A DNA stretch of 64,000 nt from Cyclobacteriaceae bacterium (GCA_026129485.1 JAHCHY010000014.1:15445-79444); one strand, 5' to 3'. Shown: positions 1-9,617, counted from the stretch's first letter. A program made the numbers and translations. The notes: generated by a model from the letters alone, not told the origin.

Positions 1-48
1 AAAAGGGCATTCCATAACTTATGATGCCCAACTTCCAGCTTCTAACCT

Positions 49-483
49 CTAACTCGTGTGATCATACACAATCACCCACTCATTGTTTTTCTTTTTGAAG
101 ATCAGTGTAAAAGGCCCGCTGGGCTGGTCGCTTTCGCGGAACAGGGTGTACTTTCCGGTTAGTAAATAAGCATCAGACGCAAGCGGCACGATCTGCCAGA
201 TATCGAATTGCAGGCGGCCCATCAGTTCGCGCGTAGCATAATTTTTTTTGTAGTTATCCAAAGTCTGCTGCCAGCCATACCGGATGGACGAGCCGATAAA
301 TTGAAGGGAATCGGATTTCCAGTAGCCTTCCATAAAAAGATCGAGATCACCTGCATTCCAGGCATCCTGCTGCCGGGCCAATACTTCACGGATTTTGGCT
401 TCAGCAGCCGGGTCTGCACTTTGTTTTGCTGGCGTACAGGAAGCGAGCAAAGCCAGCATGGCAAATGGTATCAGGTATTTCAT
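49..483 (-). CDS. NTF2/SnoaL-like (DUF4440/YybH-type) lipoprotein
   Basis: Start moved to the ATG at 483 (MKYLIPFAMLALLASC, a lipobox). The AWNAGDLDLFMEGYW and WVIVYDHTS motifs are typical of this family. Confidence 0.8.
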   Translation of the reverse strand: MKYLIPFAMLALLASCTPAKQSADPAAEAKIREVLARQQDAWNAGDLDLFMEGYWKSDSLQFIGSSIRYGWQQTLDNYKKNYATRELMGRLQFDIWQIVPLASDAYLLTGKYTLFRESDQPSGPFTLIFKKKNNEWVIVYDHTS

Positions 484-585
484 CTCTAAAAATTTTCGTA
501 AAGGTTGAGAACCTTTTAAAGCTTCGCAAGTAAAGGTTGTCAACCTTGCCAAATCCTTCCTATTTTGCACCTCAAACCATTCCGA

Positions 586-3036
586 ATGCGACCAATTAAT
601 TTCTCCCGGCACGTATTGCCACATGTAATTGCCGTGTGTGTGTTTCTGCTGGTAACTATACTTTTCTTCAGGCCGGTATTTTTTGAAAACAAGTCCATTC
701 AGCAAGGCGATATTCAGCAATGGAGCGGTTCATCCAAAGAACTGCGCGATTATCGCGAGAAGACCGGTGAAGAAGGCCTGTGGGCGGGTACCATGTTTTC
801 AGGCATGCCGGCATACCTCGTGAATATTAAATGGAGTGATGGCGTGGTGCTGGGTATGAAGAAAGCGCTTTCGTTTTTCCTGCCGCACCCGGTATCGCAC
901 ATCTTTCTCGCTTTTATATGCTATTACATTATGCTGCTTTCGTTTCGCGTGCGGCCGTGGCTGGCCATTGCCGGTGCGCTTGCATTCGGGTTATCTACTT
1001 ACGTGATTATCGGGTTATCGGCCGGGCATAACGCACGCATCGGGGCTATTGCGTACATGCCGTTGGTGCTTGCCGGTGTTCATCTTGCATTTTCAGGCAA
1101 TCGTATTTTAGGTTTTGGTGTAACGGCTGCCGGTATGGCGCTGCACCTGCGCGAAAATCATTTGCAGATTACCTATTACTTGGTGCTGATAGTAGCCGGT
1201 TACGGGTTGATGCAATTGGTATTGGCCATCAGGTCCAAACAGTTGGGTGAATTTTTCAAAAACATCGTCATCTTAATACCGGCAGTGGTAATTGCTGCCG
1301 GAACTTTCTTTGGCCAGTTCTGGGCTATTAGTGAATATACACGGTATTCTTTTCGCGGGCCGTCTGAAATTGCTGTAAAATCAACCGAAGATGCTTCCGG
1401 TCTGCCCAAATGGTATGCGTTTCAATACAAGTATGGCGTTTGGGAACCCATGACCTTGTTCCTGCCTAATTTCTATGGCGGAAGCAGCCGCCAGTTTTTT
1501 GTGCAAGATCAGAACAGCGCCTCGTACAAAGCGCTGGTACAATCGGGCGATAATGAATTGGCCAACCAGTTGGCGAATTATACTTCTGCTTACTGGGGCC
1601 CCCAGGATTTTACCATCGGGCCTTATTATGCCGGAGTGCTGGTTTGTTTTCTGTTTATTCTCGGGATTGTATTTGCCGAACGTAAATATATAGGGTGGCT
1701 GGTGCCGCTTAGTGCGTTGAGCTTAATGCTTAGCTGGGGCGATAGCTTTTCAACATTCAATTATTTTATGTTCGATTACTTCCCGGGCTACAATAAGTTT
1801 CGTTCAGTAAATTTTGCGTTGGTGATCATTTTATTCTCCATGCCTTTGCTGGGACTGATCGGCTTGGAGAAGCTGTTGAGTTTAGAGTGGAATAAAACAG
1901 TTCGGAAGAAAGCAATTTTGCCGGCAGTGATTACCATGGCGCTCATCGCAATCTTCCTTGTCATAAGCGGCTTTAATCTCGGCTCTTTCTTAAAGCCGGA
2001 AGAGCTAAGCCTGCCTGCCTGGTTTAAAATAGCCTTGAATAAAGATCGTCATAATTTGCTGTGGGACGAGGCCTGGCGTGCATGGTGGTTGGTAGGTGGA
2101 TTTTCAATATGTCTTTTTGTCTACTTAGAGAAGTTCCTTAAGCCTGTAATCACGTATGTAGCCCTTATTGTATTGATCTGGGCCGATTTGGCCCTGGTCA
2201 ACAGCCGTTACTTCAGCAAAGACAACTATGTGCGCAAACGCGATAATTCAGTGCTAACGGCTACGGCCGCAGATGAAGCCATCCTGCAGGATAAGGGTTA
2301 TTATCGTGTATATAACCTTCAGGGTGCGATGGCCGAAGCGCGAACTTCGTACTTTCATCATTCGTTGGGAGGATACCATGGCGCCAAGCTTAGGCGCTAC
2401 CAGGATTTATATGATTCGGCCATTACCAAAACCACGCAAAAGCTTTTTCAGGATTTTCAGGACGCTACTCCGAAGTTTGCACAATATCATGTGTTGAATA
2501 TGCTTAACGCGAAGTATTTTGTGTATGGGCCCGATCGCGATAATGTAATTCTCAACCCGGCAGCAAACGGACCTGCCTGGTTTGTAAAGGAAGTGCTGCA
2601 TGCCAATTCGCCTGCAGAAGAGCTTCACCTTACCGGCCTTATCAATACCAAAGAGGTTGCCGTGTTTGATTCAAAGCTTAAGGTAGAATATTATCAATCG
2701 TCTATCGATACCATAGCCAACATCAGGTTATTAGAATACACACCGCCTTATCTGAAATATGAATCGGAGGCGGCCGCCAATGGATTGGCTGTGTTTTCTG
2801 AGGTCTACTACCCCAAAGGCTGGCATGCGTTTGTTGATGGCAAGGAGGTGCCGATACTTCGTGCCAACTATGTGTTGCGTGCGCTGGAAGTACCGGCCGG
2901 TAAGCATACCATCGAGTTTAAGTTTGAGCCTAAGCCGTATGCGGTGGGCGATAAGATCACGTTGGCTTCAAGCTGGTTGCTGTTGTTGACAGTGCTGGGC
3001 AGCCTGGGTTGGAGCTTGAAAAAGAGTGAAGATTAA
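586..3036 (+). CDS. YfhO-family multi-pass membrane protein (glycosyltransferase-like)
   Basis: About 816 aa with many TM segments. Motifs include W..tMFSGMPAY and a C-terminal FSEVYYPKGW..ANYVLRALEVPAGKH. ATG at 586 preferred over TTG at 565. Confidence 0.8.
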   Translation: MRPINFSRHVLPHVIAVCVFLLVTILFFRPVFFENKSIQQGDIQQWSGSSKELRDYREKTGEEGLWAGTMFSGMPAYLVNIKWSDGVVLGMKKALSFFLPHPVSHIFLAFICYYIMLLSFRVRPWLAIAGALAFGLSTYVIIGLSAGHNARIGAIAYMPLVLAGVHLAFSGNRILGFGVTAAGMALHLRENHLQITYYLVLIVAGYGLMQLVLAIRSKQLGEFFKNIVILIPAVVIAAGTFFGQFWAISEYTRYSFRGPSEIAVKSTEDASGLPKWYAFQYKYGVWEPMTLFLPNFYGGSSRQFFVQDQNSASYKALVQSGDNELANQLANYTSAYWGPQDFTIGPYYAGVLVCFLFILGIVFAERKYIGWLVPLSALSLMLSWGDSFSTFNYFMFDYFPGYNKFRSVNFALVIILFSMPLLGLIGLEKLLSLEWNKTVRKKAILPAVITMALIAIFLVISGFNLGSFLKPEELSLPAWFKIALNKDRHNLLWDEAWRAWWLVGGFSICLFVYLEKFLKPVITYVALIVLIWADLALVNSRYFSKDNYVRKRDNSVLTATAADEAILQDKGYYRVYNLQGAMAEARTSYFHHSLGGYHGAKLRRYQDLYDSAITKTTQKLFQDFQDATPKFAQYHVLNMLNAKYFVYGPDRDNVILNPAANGPAWFVKEVLHANSPAEELHLTGLINTKEVAVFDSKLKVEYYQSSIDTIANIRLLEYTPPYLKYESEAAANGLAVFSEVYYPKGWHAFVDGKEVPILRANYVLRALEVPAGKHTIEFKFEPKPYAVGDKITLASSWLLLLTVLGSLGWSLKKSED

Positions 3037-3310
3037 TTGGAAATCATCTCCGCAAAACTGTGAGCGCCACAGGTTACGAACAAGCATTAGGAATTTGCTC
3101 CATTTAACTCAAAACGTACCGGTACACCGGTGTCAGGAACGCACTGGTTTATAACCGGGGCATCGCCACTTGAAAAATAATCGGTACTCGCGGGGGCAGG
3201 AGTGTTGCTACTTTCAAAAAAGAACCTGATTTTTAATTCGAAAACCATTGCGGAAAATGCAGGTTAAGAATCAGATCATTCACTACTAAACTTAAACCTA
3301 TACTACTTCC

Positions 3311-4975
3311 ATGAAACTTCAAGACTACATTGTATTTGTTATTTACTTCATTATCGTGGCCGTGTATGGGTACTGGATTTATCATAGAAAAAAGAAAGCT
3401 ACGGCTGATTCCAAGGATTTCTTTTTAGCGGAAGGTTCGCTTACCTGGTGGGCGATCGGGGCTTCGCTGATCGCGTCCAACATCTCGGCCGAGCAGTTTA
3501 TCGGCATGTCGGGCGATGGCTTTAGCATGGGGCTTGCCATTGCCACATACGAGTGGATGGCTGCCGCAACACTTATTGTAGTGGCCGTGTTTTTCCTGCC
3601 GATCTACCTCAAGAATAAAATTTACACCATGCCCCAGTTTCTGCGGCAGCGTTATAATCCCCAGGTAGCTAATATCATGGCTATCTTCTGGCTATCACTC
3701 TACATTATTGTAAACCTTACCTCCATCTTGTTTCTGGGAGCGCTTGCCATCAGCACGGTTTCCGGCATCAGCTTTACTTTCTGCATGTTGTTTTTGGCCG
3801 TGTTTGCCATTCTGATCACACTGGGCGGAATGAAAGTGATTGGTTATACCGATGTGATCCAGGTGTTCTTCCTGATACTGGGCGGGTTGGCAACCACGTA
3901 TCTGGCGCTTAACCTCGTATCGGAACAGTTTGGCACCAGCGGTGTGTGGAACGGGCTTTCCTTGCTTAACAAAATGGCACCCGATCACTTCGACATGGTG
4001 TTCACACAGGACAATCCGCACTTCATCAGCTTGCCGGGGCTCACCATTATGTTAGGCGGTATGTGGATCGTTAACCTCAACTATTGGGGCTGTAATCAAT
4101 ACATTACACAACGTGCGCTGGGTGCAGATTTGAACACCGCCCGCAGCGGTATTTTGTTTGCTGCGTATCTGAAAATGCTGATGCCGATTATCGTTGTATT
4201 GCCCGGTATAGCGGCATACGTGTTATGGAAAAACGGTTTGTTCCAGACCGAGATGTTAAAAGATGGCGAGGTACTGAAAGATAATGCTTACCCGGTATTG
4301 CTTAACCTGTTGCCGGCCGGCTTGAAAGGTTTGTCGTTCGCAGCATTGACAGCCGCGGTAGTAGCCTCGCTGGCGGGTAAAGCCAATAGTATTTCTACCA
4401 TATTCACGCTGGATATCTATAAAAACGCCATCAACAAAACGGCATCTGAGAAAAACCTGGTTTGGGTAGGCCGGATTGCCGTGGTGGTATCGATGGTACT
4501 GGCGCTTATTATCGCTCCATTCCTGGGAATCGACAAGAAAGGCGGTTTTGAATTTATACAGGAATACACGGGCTTCGTTTCGCCCGGTATTTTTGCCATG
4601 TTCATTTTCGGCTTCTTCTGGAAACGGACTACTTCCGGTGCCGCCATGTTTGCCATTATCGGTGGATTTGCCAGCTCGGTGATCTTTAAGTTCCTGCCGG
4701 GCTGGGTCGATCTTTCATTCCTGCAGCCTTTTGGCTTTGCCGTGGTAAGCCCGTCCAGCGGGTTGGTTGAGATCCCGTTCCTCGATCGCATGGGCTTTGT
4801 ATTTATCATTTGTGTAATCGGTATGGTGCTGATCAGCTTAATGGCGCCTCCGCATAAGCGGCCGGCCAACACGCTCGAGGTTGATTATAAAATGTTCCGG
4901 ACATCGCCAGGGTTTACCGTAGGAGCTCTTATAGTTATAATCATGTTGATTATCCTGTATTACACCTTCTGGTAG
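3311..4975 (+). CDS. Sodium:solute (sugar) symporter, SSS family
   Basis: 554 aa, about 14 TM. Motifs SLIASNISAEQFIGMSG and YWGCNQYITQRAL as in vSGLT-like transporters. Confidence 0.9.
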   Translation: MKLQDYIVFVIYFIIVAVYGYWIYHRKKKATADSKDFFLAEGSLTWWAIGASLIASNISAEQFIGMSGDGFSMGLAIATYEWMAAATLIVVAVFFLPIYLKNKIYTMPQFLRQRYNPQVANIMAIFWLSLYIIVNLTSILFLGALAISTVSGISFTFCMLFLAVFAILITLGGMKVIGYTDVIQVFFLILGGLATTYLALNLVSEQFGTSGVWNGLSLLNKMAPDHFDMVFTQDNPHFISLPGLTIMLGGMWIVNLNYWGCNQYITQRALGADLNTARSGILFAAYLKMLMPIIVVLPGIAAYVLWKNGLFQTEMLKDGEVLKDNAYPVLLNLLPAGLKGLSFAALTAAVVASLAGKANSISTIFTLDIYKNAINKTASEKNLVWVGRIAVVVSMVLALIIAPFLGIDKKGGFEFIQEYTGFVSPGIFAMFIFGFFWKRTTSGAAMFAIIGGFASSVIFKFLPGWVDLSFLQPFGFAVVSPSSGLVEIPFLDRMGFVFIICVIGMVLISLMAPPHKRPANTLEVDYKMFRTSPGFTVGALIVIIMLIILYYTFW

Positions 4976-5019
4976 AGTAAGCATGAACTTAAAATAGGTA
5001 GGTTTATAGATTTGGGTTT

Positions 5020-5982
5020 ATGAATCGAATTGACAGACTTACCGCCATACTCATTCAACTGCAGACCAAGCGGGTGGTGAAGGCAGAAGAAATTGCCGAC
5101 CGGTTTGGCATGAGCCTGCGCACCGTGTATCGAGATGTAAAAGCCCTGATGGAAGCCGGTGTACCCATCGGATCGGAAGCCGGCAAGGGGTATTTTATTG
5201 TCGATGGTTTTCATTTGCCCCCGGTAATGTTTACGCAAGACGAAGCTAACTCCATGATACTGGCGGGTAAGCTGGTAGAGAAGATAGCTGATAAATCTGT
5301 GCGCGAAGCGTTTAATTCCGCGCTATATAAAATCAAGTCAGTATTGAGCGATGATGACAAGGACGGGGTTGAAACGCTTGATTCAAACATCCGGGTTTAT
5401 TTCCGCGGTCGTGCCAATAATACCGATCATTCATTTCCCGATCACTTTATGACGGAGATTCAGCGTGCGGTTGCGCGGAAGCAGGTATTGAAGCTCAACT
5501 ATGTAAACCAGGCAGGGGAGGTATCGCAGCGATTGGTAGAGCCGGCCGGTATTTTCTTTTACAGCCTGGCCTGGCACCTGATCGGCTGGTGCCGCCTGCG
5601 CAATGGCTATCGCGATTTCCGGTCAGACCGGATAAAGAACCTGGCCAATACAGGCGAAGAATTCAGTGAACGCAGCAACATATCGCTTAAGGAATATTTC
5701 AAGGCCATGTATGCAGCCAACGAAAACCTTACACCTGCTGTGGTGATTTTCGATAAAAAAGTATTGAATGGCAGATCACTCAGCTCCACCACTACACAAA
5801 CTGACCTGGGCGATCGTATTCGTGCCGAATTTGTCATGGACAGCATTGATTTTATCGCCCGGTGGTTGCTCATGTATGGTAAGGGGGTTGAAATCGAATC
5901 GCCAGATCGCCTGCGCGAACGGGTAGCTGAGCTAACAGAAGAGCTTCATGTACACCATGTGCGGAACAAGGTTAACATCTGA
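5020..5982 (+). CDS. YafY-family HTH-WYL transcriptional regulator
   Basis: N-terminal MNRIDRL..SLRTVYRD..L wHTH, then a WYL domain (WHLIGWCRLRNGYRDFRSDRI) and a C-terminal WCX-like region. Confidence 0.92.
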   Translation: MNRIDRLTAILIQLQTKRVVKAEEIADRFGMSLRTVYRDVKALMEAGVPIGSEAGKGYFIVDGFHLPPVMFTQDEANSMILAGKLVEKIADKSVREAFNSALYKIKSVLSDDDKDGVETLDSNIRVYFRGRANNTDHSFPDHFMTEIQRAVARKQVLKLNYVNQAGEVSQRLVEPAGIFFYSLAWHLIGWCRLRNGYRDFRSDRIKNLANTGEEFSERSNISLKEYFKAMYAANENLTPAVVIFDKKVLNGRSLSSTTTQTDLGDRIRAEFVMDSIDFIARWLLMYGKGVEIESPDRLRERVAELTEELHVHHVRNKVNI

Positions 5983-6007
5983 TCCCTGACTTCCAGCTTT
6001 ACAGCTC

Positions 6008-6079
6008 CTGACATACCATTGTCAGTTGGTTTCAAAAAATTGTGAAAAAAGATTTTTTCTAATGACATAGGGCTGTCAG
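6008..6079. promoter_or_regulatory. Tandem palindromic operators TGACA-N6-TGTCA, likely bound by the adjacent WYL regulator
   Basis: CTGACAtaccatTGTCAG at 6008-6025 and TGACAtagggcTGTCA at 6063-6078, 54 bp apart, between the WYL gene and the GyrI-like gene. Confidence 0.65.
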
Positions 6080-6115
6080 TAGCATGGGGTTGATTCGCAT
6101 AAAAACACAATCGCC

Positions 6116-6580
6116 ATGCAAACATCAACACCTGTTATTAAAACAGTAAAGCCAATCAATTTTTTGTTTTTTCGTACCGAAACTACAGTAGACAAGCTTA
6201 ACACCTTGTTTTGGGTTGCGCCCGAACTATTCCGCGAAGCGGTTTTGCATCGCCTTATGATAACCGGCCCCGTTCACTGGCATTATTTCGGGTTCACCGA
6301 TCCGTCAAAGCCTTTTACGTTAGAGATTTCTTTGCCGGTAAGCGAAGTAATACCGGACTATGATGGCAGGTTTCACTTTAAGCGAACGGATGAATTTAAA
6401 TGTATGTCAGTAATCCATGAAGGTAACTGGCTTGAGATGTCAGGCAGCTATCAAAAGGTAATGCAGCTTGTTGGGGAGCAAAAACTACAGCCGCTGGGTA
6501 TTAACCGCGAGCTGTATGTGAACGTGGACTTCAATTTCCCGGAAGCGAACACCACTGAAATACAATTGGGTATTGTATGA
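6116..6580 (+). CDS. GyrI-like small-molecule-binding domain protein
   Basis: 154 aa. GPVHWHYFG..FTLEISLPV, HEGNW.EMSGSYQK and RELY..TEIQ match the GyrI-like/AraC effector-binding fold. Confidence 0.75.
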   Translation: MQTSTPVIKTVKPINFLFFRTETTVDKLNTLFWVAPELFREAVLHRLMITGPVHWHYFGFTDPSKPFTLEISLPVSEVIPDYDGRFHFKRTDEFKCMSVIHEGNWLEMSGSYQKVMQLVGEQKLQPLGINRELYVNVDFNFPEANTTEIQLGIV

Positions 6581-6675
6581 ACCGCAGTCGCTTGCTCATA
6601 TTATTAGCAGGGTTGGTTACGGCAGCATTAACGTTTTACGTTATCATGTTCGGATATGGAAGTGCTGGTATTTAA
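6577..6675 (+). CDS. Putative 32-aa hydrophobic small protein (not in the ORF track)
   Basis: MNRSRLLILLAGLVTAALTFYVIMFGYGSAGI*. ATGA overlap with the upstream stop, and it overlaps the next start. Confidence 0.4.
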   Translation: MNRSRLLILLAGLVTAALTFYVIMFGYGSAGI

Positions 6676-6868
6676 AACATCGGTGCAGTCGGCAGAAAGT
6701 GTGAGCCGGCTTGCGCCTGTATTGAATAGCCTTGCAGGTTCCAATCAATGGAATTTTGCGCTGGATGATTGCGACCGCATTCTGCGAATTGTTTCACCTT
6801 CGGTAATGCCGGATGAGGCTATTCAACTGTTGGCTGCGCATGGATTTGATTGTGAAGAATTAGAATAA
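6656..6868 (+). CDS. Small conserved hypothetical protein (HMA/ferredoxin-like fold suspected)
   Basis: 70 aa. The M..LVFKT..WNF.LDDCDRILRI..GF.CEEL pattern resembles a common Bacteroidota small protein. Confidence 0.65.
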   Translation: MEVLVFKTSVQSAESVSRLAPVLNSLAGSNQWNFALDDCDRILRIVSPSVMPDEAIQLLAAHGFDCEELE

Positions 6869-6887
6869 CACTTAACTTGAAAGCTAT

Positions 6888-7406
6888 ATGCGAAAGGTGA
6901 TACTTGGCCTTGCCATAAGCCTGGATGGCTTTATTGAAGGCCCGAATGGCGAATACGACTGGTGCTTTACCGACCAGGATTATGGGCTTACGGAATTTTC
7001 AAAAAGTATAGATGCATTGCTGATGGGTCGCAAAACATACGATCTGATGAAGCAATACGATGGCCCCAGCCCGTGGAGCGAAGCCAAAACATACGTGTTT
7101 TCTAGGACCATGAAGGAAGCGGCAAACTCAGAAATTCTGCAGGGCGACCTGGTTCAGGTTATACATGCATTGAAGCAGCAACCCGGCAAAGATCTGTGGC
7201 TTTTCGGAGGAGCAGATCTTACCACGCAGTTTATCAATCACAACCTGATTGATGAATACTGGCTTTCGGTGCACCCAATCTTATTAGGTGCTGGTAAACC
7301 TTTGTTTCATGATATTAAAGAACGGAAGAAGCTGAAGCTTACAGAGAGTAAGGTTTATGATACCGGCCTGGTATCTTTGCGGTATCAGCCGGATTCAGAT
7401 GCCTGA
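6888..7406 (+). CDS. Dihydrofolate reductase-like / RibD C-terminal domain protein
   Basis: Motifs ISLDGFIEG, LLMGRKTY, LWLFGGA, LIDEYWL.VHPILLGAGKPLF. Confidence 0.88.
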   Translation: MRKVILGLAISLDGFIEGPNGEYDWCFTDQDYGLTEFSKSIDALLMGRKTYDLMKQYDGPSPWSEAKTYVFSRTMKEAANSEILQGDLVQVIHALKQQPGKDLWLFGGADLTTQFINHNLIDEYWLSVHPILLGAGKPLFHDIKERKKLKLTESKVYDTGLVSLRYQPDSDA

Positions 7407-7441
7407 CTTTGTTTTAACTTTATAAATAACAGGATTGCACC

Positions 7442-7900
7442 ATGAAGGCAAAAACATCCACACCTAAAAAAGCCGCGAAGAAAACAACAGCCAGAAAATC
7501 GTGGGCCGATAAAATGGAGCAGGATCATTCGGTTGTAAAGAAGCTGGATAAGGACTTTGCCGATATGAAGGCCGGCAGCATGATGTATATCTCCAACCCG
7601 AAAACCGTTGATGCCTACATCCGGAATATTCCGAAAGGCAGGGCGGTCGCGCTTAAAACCATGCGACAGGATCTTGCTCTTGAGCACCGGGCCGATGTCA
7701 CCTGTCCCGTAACCACCGGAATTTTTTTGCGTATCGTGGCAGAAGCGGCACATGAGCAGCTCCGGCAGGGAAAAGCGGTTAGCAAGATCACACCATTCTG
7801 GCGGGTGATGGATGCAAAAATGCCGTTGGCAAAAAAGCTGACTTTTGGAAAAAAGCTGATCCGCGAGCAGCGCAAAAAGGAAAAGCTCGACCTCGCTTGA
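7442..7900 (+). CDS. Basic protein with an MGMT/alkyltransferase-like DNA-binding domain
   Basis: IPKG..T...R..LA helix-turn-helix region, then TPFWRV where MGMT has PCHRV and ATL has PWHRV. Lys-rich N-terminus. Confidence 0.55.
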   Translation: MKAKTSTPKKAAKKTTARKSWADKMEQDHSVVKKLDKDFADMKAGSMMYISNPKTVDAYIRNIPKGRAVALKTMRQDLALEHRADVTCPVTTGIFLRIVAEAAHEQLRQGKAVSKITPFWRVMDAKMPLAKKLTFGKKLIREQRKKEKLDLA

Positions 7901-7905
7901 CCGGG

Positions 7906-8679
7906 TTAATAGGGCAGACGGCTGGTTAGTGTAATGCGGAAGTCCATCATCTTTACCAGGCTGTTATATACATAACCTACATGATGCTTGTGCACCACCT
8001 GCGTTTGGGTGTTTATAAAGTCGGCCGTAAAATCACCGGCACGATTAGCCGGGGCAGGCGCGTGATGATCGGGCGCATCGGTATTCATGTAGTTTACCAT
8101 TCCGCCCTGTGTGTAAAACGCGCTCAGGTTTAAGCCCAGCAAACCTTCCGGCATGCGTTTGAAAATATGACTGAGATCGTATTGCAATCCGCCACCGGCA
8201 GCATATACCAATGTGCCGTCTTTGTGCAGCAGTGCTGTTTCCACCGGTGCGCAATTATCAAGATCATCAGGGTCGTAAATGTTCAGGTTTGTCCTGAACC
8301 ATGAGTACCCGGCTTTAAAGCCTACAAAAGGCACCACTTTCTTTCCGGCAGTAAGGTTATACCGAACCGATGCCATCAGGTTAGTGAACGTGTTGTTCAC
8401 GTTAATATCCATATCGGCCGTAGCTCCATCATCAAATGTGTATTGCTGGCGCGATTTGTCGCGACCATAGATGGTATAGTTCATATCCAACCCCAGCGAC
8501 AATCGCTTTTCTGCCACTATACGATGGGCGCCAATGGTTACGCCATGCCCTTGCCGGATGTTCTGCTGCATTTTGCCGGAAGGCGAGGCAAAAGTATACC
8601 CGGCAGCCCATTCAATTCTGCTTTGACTAAAGCTGTAAGCTGTCAGCAGCGTAAAGATTAGCGTAAATAATGTTTTCAT
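7906..8679 (-). CDS. Outer-membrane beta-barrel protein
   Basis: Start at ATG 8679 (MKTLFTLIFTLLTAYSFSQ signal peptide). Alternating amphipathic strands, PFVGFKAGYSW and YAAGGGLQY. Confidence 0.7.
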   Translation of the reverse strand: MKTLFTLIFTLLTAYSFSQSRIEWAAGYTFASPSGKMQQNIRQGHGVTIGAHRIVAEKRLSLGLDMNYTIYGRDKSRQQYTFDDGATADMDINVNNTFTNLMASVRYNLTAGKKVVPFVGFKAGYSWFRTNLNIYDPDDLDNCAPVETALLHKDGTLVYAAGGGLQYDLSHIFKRMPEGLLGLNLSAFYTQGGMVNYMNTDAPDHHAPAPANRAGDFTADFINTQTQVVHKHHVGYVYNSLVKMMDFRITLTSRLPY

Positions 8680-8771
8680 GGCGTGGAGTTTTAGCTTAGT
8701 GAAAATAGCAAAAAAAATTGTTTTGGGATAGGTGATAAAACCGGGGGCTGGCATTTGATTATTTTTGAGGC

Positions 8772-9341
8772 ATGACATTGGAAGAAAAGGTTAATGCGGT
8801 AAACGAAGTGTTTGAAAAGCTGGATGCCCGTATTGAAGCCTTTCAGGCCAATACGGCTCTGCATTGTAAGCCTGGGTGCGGTAAGTGCTGCTACAAGCCC
8901 GATATTGAGGCAAGCGTACTGGAGTTTCTGCCGTTCGCCCTGCATTTATACAAGCACCATCTTGCGGAGCAATGGCTTGAAAAGCTGGAAAGCAAGAACG
9001 ATCCATTGTGTTTGATTCTCAATCCGACTCAGGCTGGTGCGGGTTTGTGTTCGGAGTACACGCATCGCGGGTTGATTTGCCGCCTGTTTGGCTACTCGGC
9101 CAGAACCAACAAGTACGGAAAGAAGGAGCTGGTTACCTGCCAGGTCATAAAAACAGAACAGGCTGAATCGTATCGGGAGGCTAATGAAAAAATTGAGTCG
9201 GGTCTTGATATACCTGTCATGAACCAGGTTTACATGCAGCTTCATGCTATTGATTTTGAGCTTGCCCAAAAATCTTACCCGATTAACCGGGCTATCCGGC
9301 ATGCTATTGAAACGGTTTTACATTATTACGCGTACCGGTAA
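8772..9341 (+). CDS. YkgJ-family cysteine-cluster protein
   Basis: Motifs CKPGCGKCC, CLIL, CSEY..RGLICRLFG. Confidence 0.85.
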   Translation: MTLEEKVNAVNEVFEKLDARIEAFQANTALHCKPGCGKCCYKPDIEASVLEFLPFALHLYKHHLAEQWLEKLESKNDPLCLILNPTQAGAGLCSEYTHRGLICRLFGYSARTNKYGKKELVTCQVIKTEQAESYREANEKIESGLDIPVMNQVYMQLHAIDFELAQKSYPINRAIRHAIETVLHYYAYR

Positions 9342-9344
9342 TTT

Positions 9345-9617
9345 TTACCAGGTATTAGCAACGATCTTTCCTATTTTTTGAAGAAGCGTACCCTGTGATA
9401 ATTTGAATTGAGGGACCAGTGAACCGGAATCAGCCAGCGCTGAAATATCAACCAGCCAGGAGGCCAGTATAATAACTAAGGCCACGAGTATCCCGGTTAT
9501 TAACAAAATGTCTTTATGCGTGATCTTTGATTGCACGGCCTTTCGGTTTCCAAAACCAATGCCACCCTTGGAAAAGGTGAAATTTTGAGTTTTTTCGAAG
9601 TTTTGGATTGGGTTCAT
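9345..9617 (-). CDS. Hypothetical single-TM protein
   Basis: About 90 aa with one hydrophobic segment (ILLITGILVALVIILASWLV). ATG at 9617 preferred. Confidence 0.5.
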   Translation of the reverse strand: MNPIQNFEKTQNFTFSKGGIGFGNRKAVQSKITHKDILLITGILVALVIILASWLVDISALADSGSLVPQFKLSQGTLLQKIGKIVANTW

